Notes under the pieces: generated by a model
Seen by the model: the letters and a program-made list of their open reading frames with translations, nothing else
Told to the model about the DNA's origin: nothing
The model's database searches: none
Origin: Bacteriovoracia bacterium
Lineage (GTDB): Bacteria; Bdellovibrionota; UBA1018; JBFWNL01
NCBI GenBank assembly: GCA_050251055.1
Contig: JBFWNL010000002.1
Location: 448,001 to 512,000, forward strand
Length of the DNA: 64,000 nt
Direction of reading: 5' to 3'
Part shown: positions 1 to 9,332 of the stretch, piece after piece
How the letters are laid out: each line of letters starts with the position of its first letter
Numbering within the stretch: position 1 is the stretch's first letter
Translations under genes and position numbers: made by a program

Positions 1-94
1 ATACGCTCAATGCTCCCAAGGCTGCCAACCGCTCGCAGATGCCTTAGCGGGTTATCAATGGACCGTGCGCAACTGCACGCCGATCTACAGATAA

Positions 95-922
95 CTAGAG
101 CGGATCAATCAAAGTCATTTCCAAGGTCCAAGGATCTACGATCAGCTGATTGGGTTTCAGGCAACCCCGGTAACCCGTGCCGGTCGCAGGATCACGAAAG
201 AAATAATATACCGGATTTAGGATCGGATCTTCCCGGGAGGACGGTTTCGACATCGCGTGGAAGTCCGGAAAAGCCGCCTGCATCTGGGCCACGAACTTCT
301 CCGCTTGCTGGGTGTACTGCTGGCGCAGCAAGGCTCGCACCGCTTCCGGCACCTTCGGGTCAGCCAGCACATCTTGCAGAGATCTGCCGGCGACATACTC
401 GATTTCGGTCGTGAGAGGTCGGGCACCTAGCTTGTACTCGGCCACTTTGAATACATCCGTCTTGAGCTTGATCCACTTCATGAGGGCGAAATCGTTTTTT
501 TGGACCAGCGGAAGCTGCGCCGGATCGCCACCGGATCCCTCTCGAAAACGGTAGCGCTTGAGCACAATGGGCTCGCCCCCCTCTAAGCGGTGAGTAAGAA
601 AAACCATGCCCGTCCCTCCCTCCCCCAGCAACGTGGCCCGGCCCTCGACGCCTGGGTAGTTGGAGATGCGGCCCGGCTTTCCCACGTGGACAGGAAAGAA
701 ACCATCGGCTTGGTACCGGGCGGGGTCTAGGCCGAGGTAGTGCGCCAGTTGCTCGAAGCGCGCGCTCGCGTCACCCTTGCCTTCACCCCAGAGTGGACGC
801 TGCAGGACCTCCAGCACACACTGGTACCAGGTTTTTTCGCTCGCGAGCGAACTTCCGCCTAGCGCGCTAGCACCGATGAGAAACCCTGCCAATATCCTGA
901 CGCTCCGGCAACGGACCCGCAT
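95..922 (-). CDS. Secreted protein kinase-like (probable pseudokinase) protein
   Basis: N-terminal signal peptide; Gly-rich loop LGEGGTGMVF, beta3 Lys (VLKR), hinge EYVAG, catalytic-loop-like CLKPNQ, terminal LIDP. Confidence 0.5.
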   Translation of the reverse strand: MRVRCRSVRILAGFLIGASALGGSSLASEKTWYQCVLEVLQRPLWGEGKGDASARFEQLAHYLGLDPARYQADGFFPVHVGKPGRISNYPGVEGRATLLGEGGTGMVFLTHRLEGGEPIVLKRYRFREGSGGDPAQLPLVQKNDFALMKWIKLKTDVFKVAEYKLGARPLTTEIEYVAGRSLQDVLADPKVPEAVRALLRQQYTQQAEKFVAQMQAAFPDFHAMSKPSSREDPILNPVYYFFRDPATGTGYRGCLKPNQLIVDPWTLEMTLIDPL

Positions 923-1008
923 ACCTCCGTATCGGTGGGACTTGGCTAGAAATGGACCCTGACCGGCATTGAGCTAGATCACGCCTTGTGGCAGGATCGT
1001 CGGCGAAA

Positions 1009-2745
1009 ATGTACGAACTTCGGGACTACCAGCAAACGGCCGTCGATAACGCGGTCAAATACTTCCGGCAAAGCCGGGCACCGGCGGTCGTGGTTCTGCC
1101 CACGGGCGCCGGCAAGAGCCTGGTCATCGCCGAGCTCGCGCGCATCGCGAAGGGCCGCGTCTTGGTGCTCGCCCACGTCAAAGAGCTCGTCGAGCAGAAT
1201 CATGAGAAGTACGTGAGCTACGGAATGGCGGCCGGAGTTTTTTCCGCGAGCCTCGGAAAAAAAGACCGCGATCAGAAAGTCATCTTTGGCAACGTGCAGT
1301 CGGTGGCGCGGGCGCCGGACGACTTTTTCAAGGACTTCTCGCTACTGGTGATCGACGAGTGCCACCGCGTGGCGGATGATGGCGCCACCCAGTACCAGGC
1401 CATCATCCAAAAGCTAAGTGTCCGTAACCCCGGGCTCTGCGTCTTAGGATTGACCGCGACGCCGTATCGCCTGGGGCTGGGCTGGATTTACGAAATCGCC
1501 CAGACCGGCGAGCGCAAGACCGAACAGCCGCGGTTTTTCAAGCAGTGTGTTTTCGAGCTCCCGCTGACCTACATGATTAAAAACCGTTACCTCACGGTGC
1601 CGGTGAAGGTGGATATTCCGGTCACGAGCTACGATTTTTCCGAACTCTCCGAATCCGGCCGCATGTACACCGTGGCCGAGATTGAAGAGGTTTTGAAAAG
1701 CCAAAAACGGCTAACCCCGCTCATTATTCGCAACATCATCGACATCACCGAACGTTACGAACGCCAAGGGGTGATGATCTTCAGCGCGTCGGTGCGGCAT
1801 GCGGAGGAGATCTTGTCCTACCTCCCCGCGGAGCAAGCCCGCTTGGTGGTGGGCGACACGGATATGGCCGATCGGGCGCGAACGATCGCGGACTTCAAGG
1901 CGAAGAAATTCAAATACCTGGTGAATGTATCGGTGCTCACGACGGGCTTCGATGCCCCGCACGTGGACGTGATTGCGATCTTACGGCCCACCGAGTCCAA
2001 TAGCCTTTACCAGCAAATCGTGGGGCGGGGGCTGCGGCGCTCGAACGGCAAAAAAGACTGCTACATCCTGGACTACACCGGCATGGGCCACGACATCTAC
2101 GCGCCCGAGATCAGCGACAAGCGCCCCGCCAAGGACACCGTACCCGTTCATGTCCCTTGCCCCGAGTGCGGTTTCGACAACGTCTTCTGGGGCTACGCGG
2201 ATGCCGACGGGGAAGTGCTCGAACATTTCGGGCGCAAATGCCGCGGCACGACCGCCGATGCGTCGACCTACCTATTAAAACCCTGCGGTTTTCGGTTTCG
2301 CCTCAAACTCTGTCATAGCTGCGGGGCCGAAAACGACGTCACCGCAAGAACGTGCGAAAAATGCGCGGCGGCCCTGACGGATGCCGAGGCCAAGCTCAAG
2401 CAAGCGAAGCTTTCCAAAAACGCGCACGTGCTCACACCGGATCGCATCACCTTCGAGGAGCGCAAAGACAAAAACGCCAACTCCTACCTAGAAATCCGAT
2501 ATTACGATTACGACGCCCAGTACATCAGCGAGGCGCACTTCTTCAGCAACCCCTCCTCGATCAAGAAGTTCAACATCAACTTCTTGCGCTCGCATTTGCG
2601 ACGCCCGGAGCTCGCCTTCGATTTCCGCGACCCCTTGGACGTAATTAAATATCAACGGCTATTCCGGCTGCCGGCGTTCGTGATCGCACGCAAGCAAGGG
2701 CCCTATTGGAAGATTACCGAGAAGGTTTTTGCCGAGGAGCTATAA
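1009..2745 (+). CDS. radD: SF2 DEAD/DEAH helicase, RadD/YejH family DNA repair protein
   Basis: Q motif LRDYQ, Walker [32 protein letters not shown]-terminal Cys zinc fingers (CPECG, CHSCG..CEKC); ATG at 1009 preferred over GTG 988. Confidence 0.85.
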   Translation: MYELRDYQQTAVDNAVKYFRQSRAPAVVVLPTGAGKSLVIAELARIAKGRVLVLAHVKELVEQNHEKYVSYGMAAGVFSASLGKKDRDQKVIFGNVQSVARAPDDFFKDFSLLVIDECHRVADDGATQYQAIIQKLSVRNPGLCVLGLTATPYRLGLGWIYEIAQTGERKTEQPRFFKQCVFELPLTYMIKNRYLTVPVKVDIPVTSYDFSELSESGRMYTVAEIEEVLKSQKRLTPLIIRNIIDITERYERQGVMIFSASVRHAEEILSYLPAEQARLVVGDTDMADRARTIADFKAKKFKYLVNVSVLTTGFDAPHVDVIAILRPTESNSLYQQIVGRGLRRSNGKKDCYILDYTGMGHDIYAPEISDKRPAKDTVPVHVPCPECGFDNVFWGYADADGEVLEHFGRKCRGTTADASTYLLKPCGFRFRLKLCHSCGAENDVTARTCEKCAAALTDAEAKLKQAKLSKNAHVLTPDRITFEERKDKNANSYLEIRYYDYDAQYISEAHFFSNPSSIKKFNINFLRSHLRRPELAFDFRDPLDVIKYQRLFRLPAFVIARKQGPYWKITEKVFAEEL

Positions 2746-2761
2746 CCGGGCGGCGGACGCC

Positions 2762-3805
2762 TCAGTTAGGCGGCAGCATCACTTCGTACAATAGTTCGAG
2801 AAGCAGAGTTTCGATATCGGCGAGGAACTCCGACTTAAGCGCGTGCTTCCCCCCGGTGAGATGGACTGGGTTGTTGGCCAACGCCCGAATTTTTTCGCGT
2901 AGACCTTTCCAATCTGGGATCGGCCCCCCGCCCACCTGGGTTTTCTTCAGGATCGCGTAGGCGATTGCCACTTCCATGGATCGCCAATCTTGATCCGAAT
3001 CCGAGTCCCATTTTCCGATCCCGCGATCTCTGATCTCTTTGATCAAAGGATTCCAGCCACCGCTGGTAATGCCCCAGCTCACGTTGGTGGGGATATCCCG
3101 AAGCAAGTAGGCCGCTTCCGCGATGTTGAACGTGCCGGTATAATTATTCACATAGTTTCTAAGATTAGAGAGCTGGGATGAGGGAGAATCGGAAAGCTTT
3201 TTGATCAGGGCCAGCTCGGGGTTGATGATCAATTGCTCGTAGGAAACGGTTTGGGTCCGCTCCTTAAGTACCAGTACGAGATCATGAAGTTTCGCCATTC
3301 CTTCAAGATGGATCTGCCAGTCCCTACCGTCGTTCACCTGGCTAGCGTTAAGTCGGAGCAATACCGGGCTTTCCGCGTCAAAGGTCACGGTTCCCGCGGA
3401 AGGGATCGGCTGGTCCGCTACGGACAGCGGTCCTTCTACTAAGGCATCGCCCACGGTCAGCCTCACGGACCCGCCCGCGTCGGCAAAACTCGCCGAGATT
3501 AGGAGACCACTCACTTCAAAGGCATGCGAGCGCACGTCAGCGCAATCCGCGCCCACCGCGGACGAAAAGATCTTACTCAAGTAGATCACCTTTTCGCGTC
3601 CAGCCCGACGAATGTGCCCCGCGCGCGAGCCACCACTCTCGGAGTTTCGTTCGAACATGGCATCGACCGGAAACTGGTTAGGCTTCAGTTGGCAAACCCG
3701 AACCTGATCAGCGGCTAAAACAACCCCAAGCGGAGCGCCAAAAACCCAGCTAAGTACCAGGCAAGAAGTCCATTTCCCAAAAATACTACCTGCGCGCGGA
3801 TGCAT
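2762..3805 (-). CDS. Hypothetical secreted protein
   Basis: 347-aa ORF, AGGAG RBS, signal-peptide-like N-terminus; no family recognised. Confidence 0.6.
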   Translation of the reverse strand: MHPRAGSIFGKWTSCLVLSWVFGAPLGVVLAADQVRVCQLKPNQFPVDAMFERNSESGGSRAGHIRRAGREKVIYLSKIFSSAVGADCADVRSHAFEVSGLLISASFADAGGSVRLTVGDALVEGPLSVADQPIPSAGTVTFDAESPVLLRLNASQVNDGRDWQIHLEGMAKLHDLVLVLKERTQTVSYEQLIINPELALIKKLSDSPSSQLSNLRNYVNNYTGTFNIAEAAYLLRDIPTNVSWGITSGGWNPLIKEIRDRGIGKWDSDSDQDWRSMEVAIAYAILKKTQVGGGPIPDWKGLREKIRALANNPVHLTGGKHALKSEFLADIETLLLELLYEVMLPPN

Positions 3806-3910
3806 GCAAAACTCCTTAAGTTTTTAACGCTATGCGTTATAACGTAATCCAGGAGAACTCGCAAGCACGCTCGGGCGAGAGATGCCTAAACCCCTAGGAA
3901 TATGGAGGAT

Positions 3911-4339
3911 TCAACTGTGACTGGCGAACATCCACTGAAACCCATAACGATCTTTGAGGACGCCAAACTTGCCCCCCCAGGGGGCGTCAAAGAGCGCATG
4001 AATCACTTGTCCACCCTCCGAAAGCGTCTTAAACAGGCGCAAAAGCTCCGGTTCAGGGGCGCCGATCGCAAGCTGAATGCTGGCGGCACCGAGGAGGGCA
4101 GGATCCTCGGGCTCGTTGGGATTCCCGTCTGAGCCAAACAGTACAAAGTCGCCGTACTTCAGCGATGCGTGCATCACCAGATCGCGATGAGCCTGCGGAC
4201 ACGCCTCGCCTTGCATTTCGCCGAAGGTCGTCAAGTGAAGCTCTCCGCCAATAGCTCGCTGATAAAAGCTCATGGCTTCCTTGGTCTTGCCGTTAAGAAA
4301 CAGATAAGGGGTCAAGGTGGTCTTGGTGATCGCGGGCAT
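3911..4339 (-). CDS. VOC/glyoxalase family protein (PhnB-like)
   Basis: LTPYLFLNG..EAMSFY, VMHASL, PWGGKFGVLKDRYGFQW motifs. Confidence 0.85.
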   Translation of the reverse strand: MPAITKTTLTPYLFLNGKTKEAMSFYQRAIGGELHLTTFGEMQGEACPQAHRDLVMHASLKYGDFVLFGSDGNPNEPEDPALLGAASIQLAIGAPEPELLRLFKTLSEGGQVIHALFDAPWGGKFGVLKDRYGFQWMFASHS

Positions 4340-4366
4340 GTTTACTCCTAAGGTTAATTCTAGAGA

Positions 4367-4777
4367 TCAATTTGAAGTCGAACGGGAAAGAATACTGCGC
4401 GCTCGCGCGTCTCGTAAGTAAAGGCCCACCCAGATCAAGGCGGCGACGTAAATAGGAAACAACGTGTGGGTGAAGAGCGGATTGCTGACCCGTACGTGGC
4501 TCGCAATCGCCCCGCCCAGATAACCGGTGAGCAAAATAGCTCCCAGCACCGCGGATCGCGGAATGACGTATAGAAACGTGCAGACGAGGAGGATCGTCCC
4601 GACGAGGGGCATCTTCTCCATCGGCCACTGAAGCGCGGCGCCCGCCTCAATCGCTTCCGGCGGGAGCTTTTCCATGAAGAACTTCATGATGCCGTCCATC
4701 AACAGGAACAGAACCGCCACGCCACTCAGCGCGCGGCCAATCCAGAGGGTTCGCTTGGAAGTCGGTTGATGATTCAT
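4367..4777 (-). CDS. DoxX family membrane protein
   Basis: Four hydrophobic helices; LGAILLTGYLGGAIASHVR motif. Confidence 0.85.
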   Translation of the reverse strand: MNHQPTSKRTLWIGRALSGVAVLFLLMDGIMKFFMEKLPPEAIEAGAALQWPMEKMPLVGTILLVCTFLYVIPRSAVLGAILLTGYLGGAIASHVRVSNPLFTHTLFPIYVAALIWVGLYLRDARARSILSRSTSN

Positions 4778-4821
4778 TTCGCTCTCCTGACTGAGTCGAT
4801 CACTTGCTATGCCTATATTTT

Positions 4822-4911
4822 ACATATCTATCGATATGTTGCAAATCATAATTAGCATCTATATCCATAAATTAATGTAAATAATTGGATTTATTAAATA
4901 TCGGTTGATAT
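4822..4911. promoter_or_regulatory. Two ATATC-N4-GATAT palindromes, putative TetR operators in a divergent promoter region
   Basis: ACATATCtatcGATATGT at 4822-4839 and ATATCggttGATAT at 4898-4911, in the AT-rich gap between doxX and tetR. Confidence 0.55.
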
Positions 4912-4920
4912 ATTATTTTC

Positions 4921-5529
4921 GTGAAGAAGGCGAGAACCCGCAATCCCGAAAAAACCCGGGCGCACATCCTGAACTCGGCTTTTCTAGAGATCTATCGCCA
5001 TGGTTTTAATGGCGTGGGCGTGCGTGAGTTGGCCGCCAAGGCAGGCGTCACGATCGGCGCATTTTTCCATCACTTCCCCACTAAAAATCACGTTGCCTAC
5101 GCCATCATCGACGAAGTTATCCAGGCGGGCATTCAAGACCGGTGGATCAAACCACTCGCCGCCTACAAAAACCCGCTACAGGGCATTTTGAAATGCTTCA
5201 AAAACACGTTCGACCACTGGCCCGACGAACTCGTTTCCTTGGGCTGTCCGCTTAACAACTTAACGCAGGAACTTTCCGCCGCCGACGAAACCATCAAAGC
5301 CAGGACGACGGCCGTCCTGTTGGAATGGATGGAGAAAACCCACGAGCATCTGAAGCGAGCACAGGACGACGGCTATCTCCGCAAGGATGTCGACGCGCGG
5401 AAGCTCGCCGAATTCATCGTCACCTTCCAAGAGGGAACCTTCGCCATGGGCAAGGCCCTGAACGATCGGCGTATTTTTTCTTCGATGTACAGTCATTTCA
5501 AGCAGCACTTAGATTCGGTTTCTGCTTAA
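4921..5529 (+). CDS. TetR/AcrR family transcriptional regulator
   Basis: N-terminal HTH GFNGVGVRELAAKAGVTIGAFFHHFPTK; GCPLNNL C-terminal motif. Confidence 0.9.
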   Translation: MKKARTRNPEKTRAHILNSAFLEIYRHGFNGVGVRELAAKAGVTIGAFFHHFPTKNHVAYAIIDEVIQAGIQDRWIKPLAAYKNPLQGILKCFKNTFDHWPDELVSLGCPLNNLTQELSAADETIKARTTAVLLEWMEKTHEHLKRAQDDGYLRKDVDARKLAEFIVTFQEGTFAMGKALNDRRIFSSMYSHFKQHLDSVSA

Positions 5530-5541
5530 TATAGGTCCGAT

Positions 5542-5883
5542 ATGGAAAACAAAACTCACGTCGTTACGATGGAAAATTTCGAGTCAGTCGTCGATGCGCA
5601 TCCCTTGGTACTGCTCGATTTCTGGGCCGGCTGGTGCCAACCGTGCCAAGTCTTTGCCCCGATCTTCGAGCAAGCCGCCGAGGTTTTCCCGGACATCTAT
5701 TTCGGCAAGGTCGACACCGAAGCCGCGCCCGACCTCGCGCAGGCGTTCCAGATCCGATCGATCCCCACCCTCATGGCGTTTAAAAATGGCGACCTGGTTT
5801 TCGAGCACGCGGGCATCTTGCCGCCCGGCCCGTTTGAGCAGCTGATCGAGAAGCTTCGCGCGGCGGGACCGGAATCGAGCTAA
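5542..5883 (+). CDS. Thioredoxin
   Basis: DFWAGWCQPC active site, IRSIPT cis-Pro motif. Confidence 0.9.
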   Translation: MENKTHVVTMENFESVVDAHPLVLLDFWAGWCQPCQVFAPIFEQAAEVFPDIYFGKVDTEAAPDLAQAFQIRSIPTLMAFKNGDLVFEHAGILPPGPFEQLIEKLRAAGPESS

Positions 5884-5946
5884 GGCTAAGCGACACCCAC
5901 CCAGCGGCAGGCGGTTTTTGACGCTTGAGCACTCCAAGCAATTCTA

Positions 5947-6474
5947 TCAACGCGCTCGCATAGAAACGAGCAGTCCTTTCGAATAATCGCTAAGTGCCTG
6001 GCGCCGTGCCTCGTCCAGCTCACCTATGATTTTCATTTTCTTTCGCGAGATCACTACATATCGAGTCTCGATATGAAACTCGTTAGACCCAGGAAACACC
6101 ACCAGCAAAAAATCACCCCGTTTGAAAGCTCGCGGACTACCCCGGCAAGTGTCTATATTGGGCAACCTTTCATCGATTACTTCCATCGGTACGTTCTTAT
6201 CGAAGGCAGCGAGCTTGAACCGAAAGTTAGATAGCTCACAGGGCCGAATGCCGGCATGCGCCGAGGCAGAGTATTGCTCCACCGTCAGCTCAAACTTCTC
6301 GGAACCTTCATAAAAGGTTGCAACCGGATAGACACGCTCGAGTGGCATGGCATCCGTCCGAGCCAACCGATGGATCTTCCAAGTGAGGTAATAACCGCCA
6401 AAAACCAGAATAGTGGCGGCCGCTACACTGAGCGTGATGTGCCAACGCTTCTTAACCCACATAGAAGCAATCAT
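5947..6474 (-). CDS. Hypothetical single-pass membrane protein
   Basis: 175-aa ORF with N-terminal TM helix; start uncertain. Confidence 0.5.
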   Translation of the reverse strand: MIASMWVKKRWHITLSVAAATILVFGGYYLTWKIHRLARTDAMPLERVYPVATFYEGSEKFELTVEQYSASAHAGIRPCELSNFRFKLAAFDKNVPMEVIDERLPNIDTCRGSPRAFKRGDFLLVVFPGSNEFHIETRYVVISRKKMKIIGELDEARRQALSDYSKGLLVSMRAR

Positions 6475-6548
6475 GCCGAAGTCACTTTGGGCTGTCTACA
6501 AACTCTATAACCGCTGGACTAGAAACCATGGGCGAATAAACGCTCGAT

Positions 6549-6950
6549 TTAGCGCTCCAAAAGTTCTTTCAATTTCGCCATCTCTACGTCCATTTCACGC
6601 ATGGCTTGATTGAATTGTGCGTCATCCATAACCGGCGGCTGAAAGAGCGTCATGGACACCGTCGCACCATCGCCATTGGGAACGACGCGGGAGAATACGG
6701 TCCAAGTGGCCTGCGGGTCTTTCCACGTATGGTCCAGGAGCCCGAATTCTTTGATCGGATTGACCTTAAGCTGGCCTTCGCCAAATTTTGTGATGGCTTT
6801 GAACCAGCCGTTTGATCCCAAGCTCACCGAGCGCAGGTTCACCACGGCATACTGCGGCCAGTTCATGGGATCGGCGAGAAACGTAAAAACCTTTTCGACG
6901 GGAGCTTGAATATCGACCGATTTAATTTGAGAACGCGAGAGTTTTTGCAT
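6549..6950 (-). CDS. SRPBCC (polyketide cyclase/START-like) family protein
   Basis: IQAPVEKVFTFLADPMNWPQY N-terminal motif and C-terminal helix LKELLE. Confidence 0.8.
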   Translation of the reverse strand: MQKLSRSQIKSVDIQAPVEKVFTFLADPMNWPQYAVVNLRSVSLGSNGWFKAITKFGEGQLKVNPIKEFGLLDHTWKDPQATWTVFSRVVPNGDGATVSMTLFQPPVMDDAQFNQAMREMDVEMAKLKELLER

Positions 6951-6959
6951 TTGAATCTC

Positions 6960-7352
6960 CTATTTTGGGCTGGGAAAGTGTTGAACGTGCTCATCCCCAT
7001 TTCTTCCGAAGTAACGGACCTTTCTGCCATTCAGGTAGACAATGTAGTAAGCGCAACCTGCGGCGCAGCCCTCTTTGACGAAATCCGCGAACGTCGCTTG
7101 TCCAGCCAGCACCCGTTGGTTGACCGAATCCAAAGTCTCCGGCGAAAAGCGGCTGGCCACTCCATGATGCTCGAAGGGGATGTCCAGGGAAAAGGATGCG
7201 CCATCTTTTGCGTAGTAGCGACACTCATTCCTCATGAAATCGACGTGGTAAGATTCGACTCCCTCTTTCGTGAGAATGGAGAGAATTTCCGGGAAAGTAA
7301 TCTGCCTTGCGAGCGACTTCTCCAAGAGTGGCTGGATAACTAGTTTATTCAT
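6960..7352 (-). CDS. DUF1398 family protein
   Basis: ITFPEI..L..GVESYHVD..YY and AAGCAYYIV.L.GRKVRYFG..G..H...FP pattern. Confidence 0.75.
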   Translation of the reverse strand: MNKLVIQPLLEKSLARQITFPEILSILTKEGVESYHVDFMRNECRYYAKDGASFSLDIPFEHHGVASRFSPETLDSVNQRVLAGQATFADFVKEGCAAGCAYYIVYLNGRKVRYFGRNGDEHVQHFPSPK

Positions 7353-7364
7353 GGCGTTCCTTTT

Positions 7365-7838
7365 TCACTGCGTAGGTACAGTTTTAATTTGGAAGTGATC
7401 GGCCAGCTTCTGCAAGACCGCTTTCAGTTGAGAGCGTTCTGCCTTGTTGAGACAGGAAAAAAACTCGCGGTCATTTTGATCGGCGAGCGCTCCGAGCTTC
7501 GGCACCAGCTGAATGCCTTTGGCGGTGAGCTCAATGTCCTGGTAACGACGATCATCCGAAGATTCCTTACGACTGACTAAGCCCTTTTCCAGCAACCGGG
7601 TAATGAGCTTGGAAACCGCCCCCCGCGTGAGCCCCGTTAGCTCGGCGACCGCACTGGGCGAGGTGGTGTCGTCGCCACCGTACATTTCTCGCAAAATGAC
7701 CCATTCCGCGACCGTAACGCCACTCGCTTCGAGCTTGCGGGCAAACGAGTGAGAAACGTTGTTTGAAACGACTCGCATCCAGTAGCCGATGTGCTCCGTG
7801 AGCTTGCTCGCTTCAAGTTTTTGCTTTTTTCCCATCAC
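7365..7838 (-). CDS. MarR family transcriptional regulator
   Basis: GVTVAEW.ILREM, LTRGAVSKLITRLLEKGLV, DDRR winged-helix motif. Confidence 0.9.
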   Translation of the reverse strand: MMGKKQKLEASKLTEHIGYWMRVVSNNVSHSFARKLEASGVTVAEWVILREMYGGDDTTSPSAVAELTGLTRGAVSKLITRLLEKGLVSRKESSDDRRYQDIELTAKGIQLVPKLGALADQNDREFFSCLNKAERSQLKAVLQKLADHFQIKTVPTQ

Positions 7839-7845
7839 ATTCCCT

Positions 7846-7882
7846 ATATTAGTTTACTTATAAATAGTTGTCAAGGAAACTA
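7846..7882 (-). promoter_or_regulatory. Sigma70-type promoter of the marR operon overlapped by a palindromic operator
   Basis: TTGACA (7874-7869)-N17-TAATAT (7851-7846) on the minus strand; TAGTT-N8-AACTA palindrome at 7865-7882. Confidence 0.6.
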
Positions 7883-8208
7883 ATTATCACGCACCCAAGT
7901 GGTTGAAACGACTTCCTTTAATTGTTTCGAAATATTCGGATGGACGCGGGTAGCGCTTTTGGCTTCTTCTACCTCCAGCAGAAGCATCGGTGGCAAGGGG
8001 TTGGCCTTCGCCCTACGGGCGTCGCTTCGCGACGTGCGATTTGGCCGTCGCTACAATTCCTTCGTTCACCAAGCGACTTCACCTCTTCTCCACCTCGAGC
8101 AAATTTTTCCCTCCACATCTTCAGACCTGCCGGCGAGTTCCGCAGGCTTGCAAGGCAAGCCGAGGACTGTCTGAGCCCAGGCGGGTCTAAAAAATGTGGA
8201 AGTTGAAT

Positions 8209-8286
8209 TGGTCGGGGCGGCGAGATTTGAACTCACGACCCTCTGGTCCCAAACCAGATGCGCTAGCCAGGCTGCGCTACGCCCCG
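8209..8286 (-). tRNA. tRNA-Pro (anticodon TGG)
   Basis: Minus strand CGGGGCGTAGCGCAGCCTGG...TCTGG TT TGG GA CCAGA...GTTCAAATC...CCCCGACCA; full cloverleaf with encoded CCA. Confidence 0.95.
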
Positions 8287-8478
8287 ACGGAAAAAGCCTG
8301 AAGTAGCCCTAAGTTAGCGGAGTCATCGAAGCTGCGCAACCCGCGATTTGACAACCACGGGAAAAACCCTCACGCTTATCTATGGGTGGCCACCGACGTT
8401 CCATGGAGGGCCGTCCCGACCACCTCCTGCCAGACCGCAGGTCTTTCCGACGCCAGTCGTATTACAGGGAGGTAATAT

Positions 8479-8877
8479 ATGACTAAATCAATCCAAAGTT
8501 TCGTGACCCACGTCACTCACTGGAGCCTAGGCACCGCGATCATTACCTTTGCCTTGATCGGTCTATTCACCCTGGGGTCCGCCTTCGGCGGCGGCCGGGG
8601 GGACTTTACGAGGGACGCGAATTCCACGTTCAGGGAGACGTATATTAAAATGTCGTCGATCGAGGTTCGGGGCAGCGTGACCTGCCTGATGGGCGCCGAG
8701 AACGACGGCCAGGGCTGCAATCTGCGCATCACCGACCAAAACACGGGGCGCGCATTTTCCCTGAGCAACGGCACCGACGTCCGCCGGATGTACAACTCCG
8801 GCGCGCGCATGTTCGCCATTCAAGGCGAGATGGAAGACTCGGAAACCATCCGCGTCGACGCGGCTTCGGCGATCTAA
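8479..8877 (+). CDS. Hypothetical membrane-anchored protein with a Cys pair
   Basis: Strong GGAGGT RBS, N-terminal TM helix, beta-rich domain with C..C; followed by GC hairpin 8899-8918. Confidence 0.7.
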   Translation: MTKSIQSFVTHVTHWSLGTAIITFALIGLFTLGSAFGGGRGDFTRDANSTFRETYIKMSSIEVRGSVTCLMGAENDGQGCNLRITDQNTGRAFSLSNGTDVRRMYNSGARMFAIQGEMEDSETIRVDAASAI

Positions 8878-9034
8878 TCCTCTTACTCCGGCTTTCCTCC
8901 GGCGGGGTGACCCGCCGGGTCGATGGAGAAAGGCGCGGGCTGGTCCAACACGAGCGGACGGCCCGCGCCCAATTCCTCTCCCAGCCGCCCATTTCCCAAT
9001 TGAGAACCTAGCCCATCCTCGGTAATAATGAGGC

Positions 9035-9259
9035 ATGCCCGTCGCCAATTTGGACCGTGAAAAATACCTGAAAATCATGCGCGCGCAGGGTTACTCCGCC
9101 GCGATCACCCAGCTGCATCACGACATGGAAAGCATGGAGTTCGAAGCTTTCGAAGGATCGAAGGGGTACCAACCCGAGCTTTACGAAGACATCAAGAAAT
9201 TCCGCGATTTCTCGCGTGAGCTGTGGGAGCTGAACCAACGAGATCCCCACGCGAAGTAG
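9035..9259 (+). CDS. Small hypothetical protein
   Basis: 74-aa ORF, GAGG RBS, typical GC3-rich codon usage. Confidence 0.65.
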   Translation: MPVANLDREKYLKIMRAQGYSAAITQLHHDMESMEFEAFEGSKGYQPELYEDIKKFRDFSRELWELNQRDPHAK

Positions 9260-9332
9260 CCTCCGTCTGAAGACCCTGAAACCCAAAAATTACGAAGTCG
9301 AATACTTTAAATACAACTGCAAGGTCGGCTTA

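Noticed and set aside
2810-2900. HEPN R-x4-6-H motif in the orphan protein (RALANNPVH)
   Set aside because: Seven residues separate R and H, outside the motif, and there is no supporting context
7899-8206. Short plus-strand ORFs between marR and the tRNA
   Set aside because: No RBS or recognisable protein features; the region is better explained by palindromic non-coding structure
2762-8286. tRNA-Pro-anchored genomic island
   Set aside because: Accessory-looking genes lie 3' of the tRNA, but I found no integrase, transposase or duplicated tRNA 3' end
8432-8459. Guanidine-II (mini-ykkC) riboswitch
   Set aside because: Two hairpins are present, but the loops are GCA and GCCA, not ACGR
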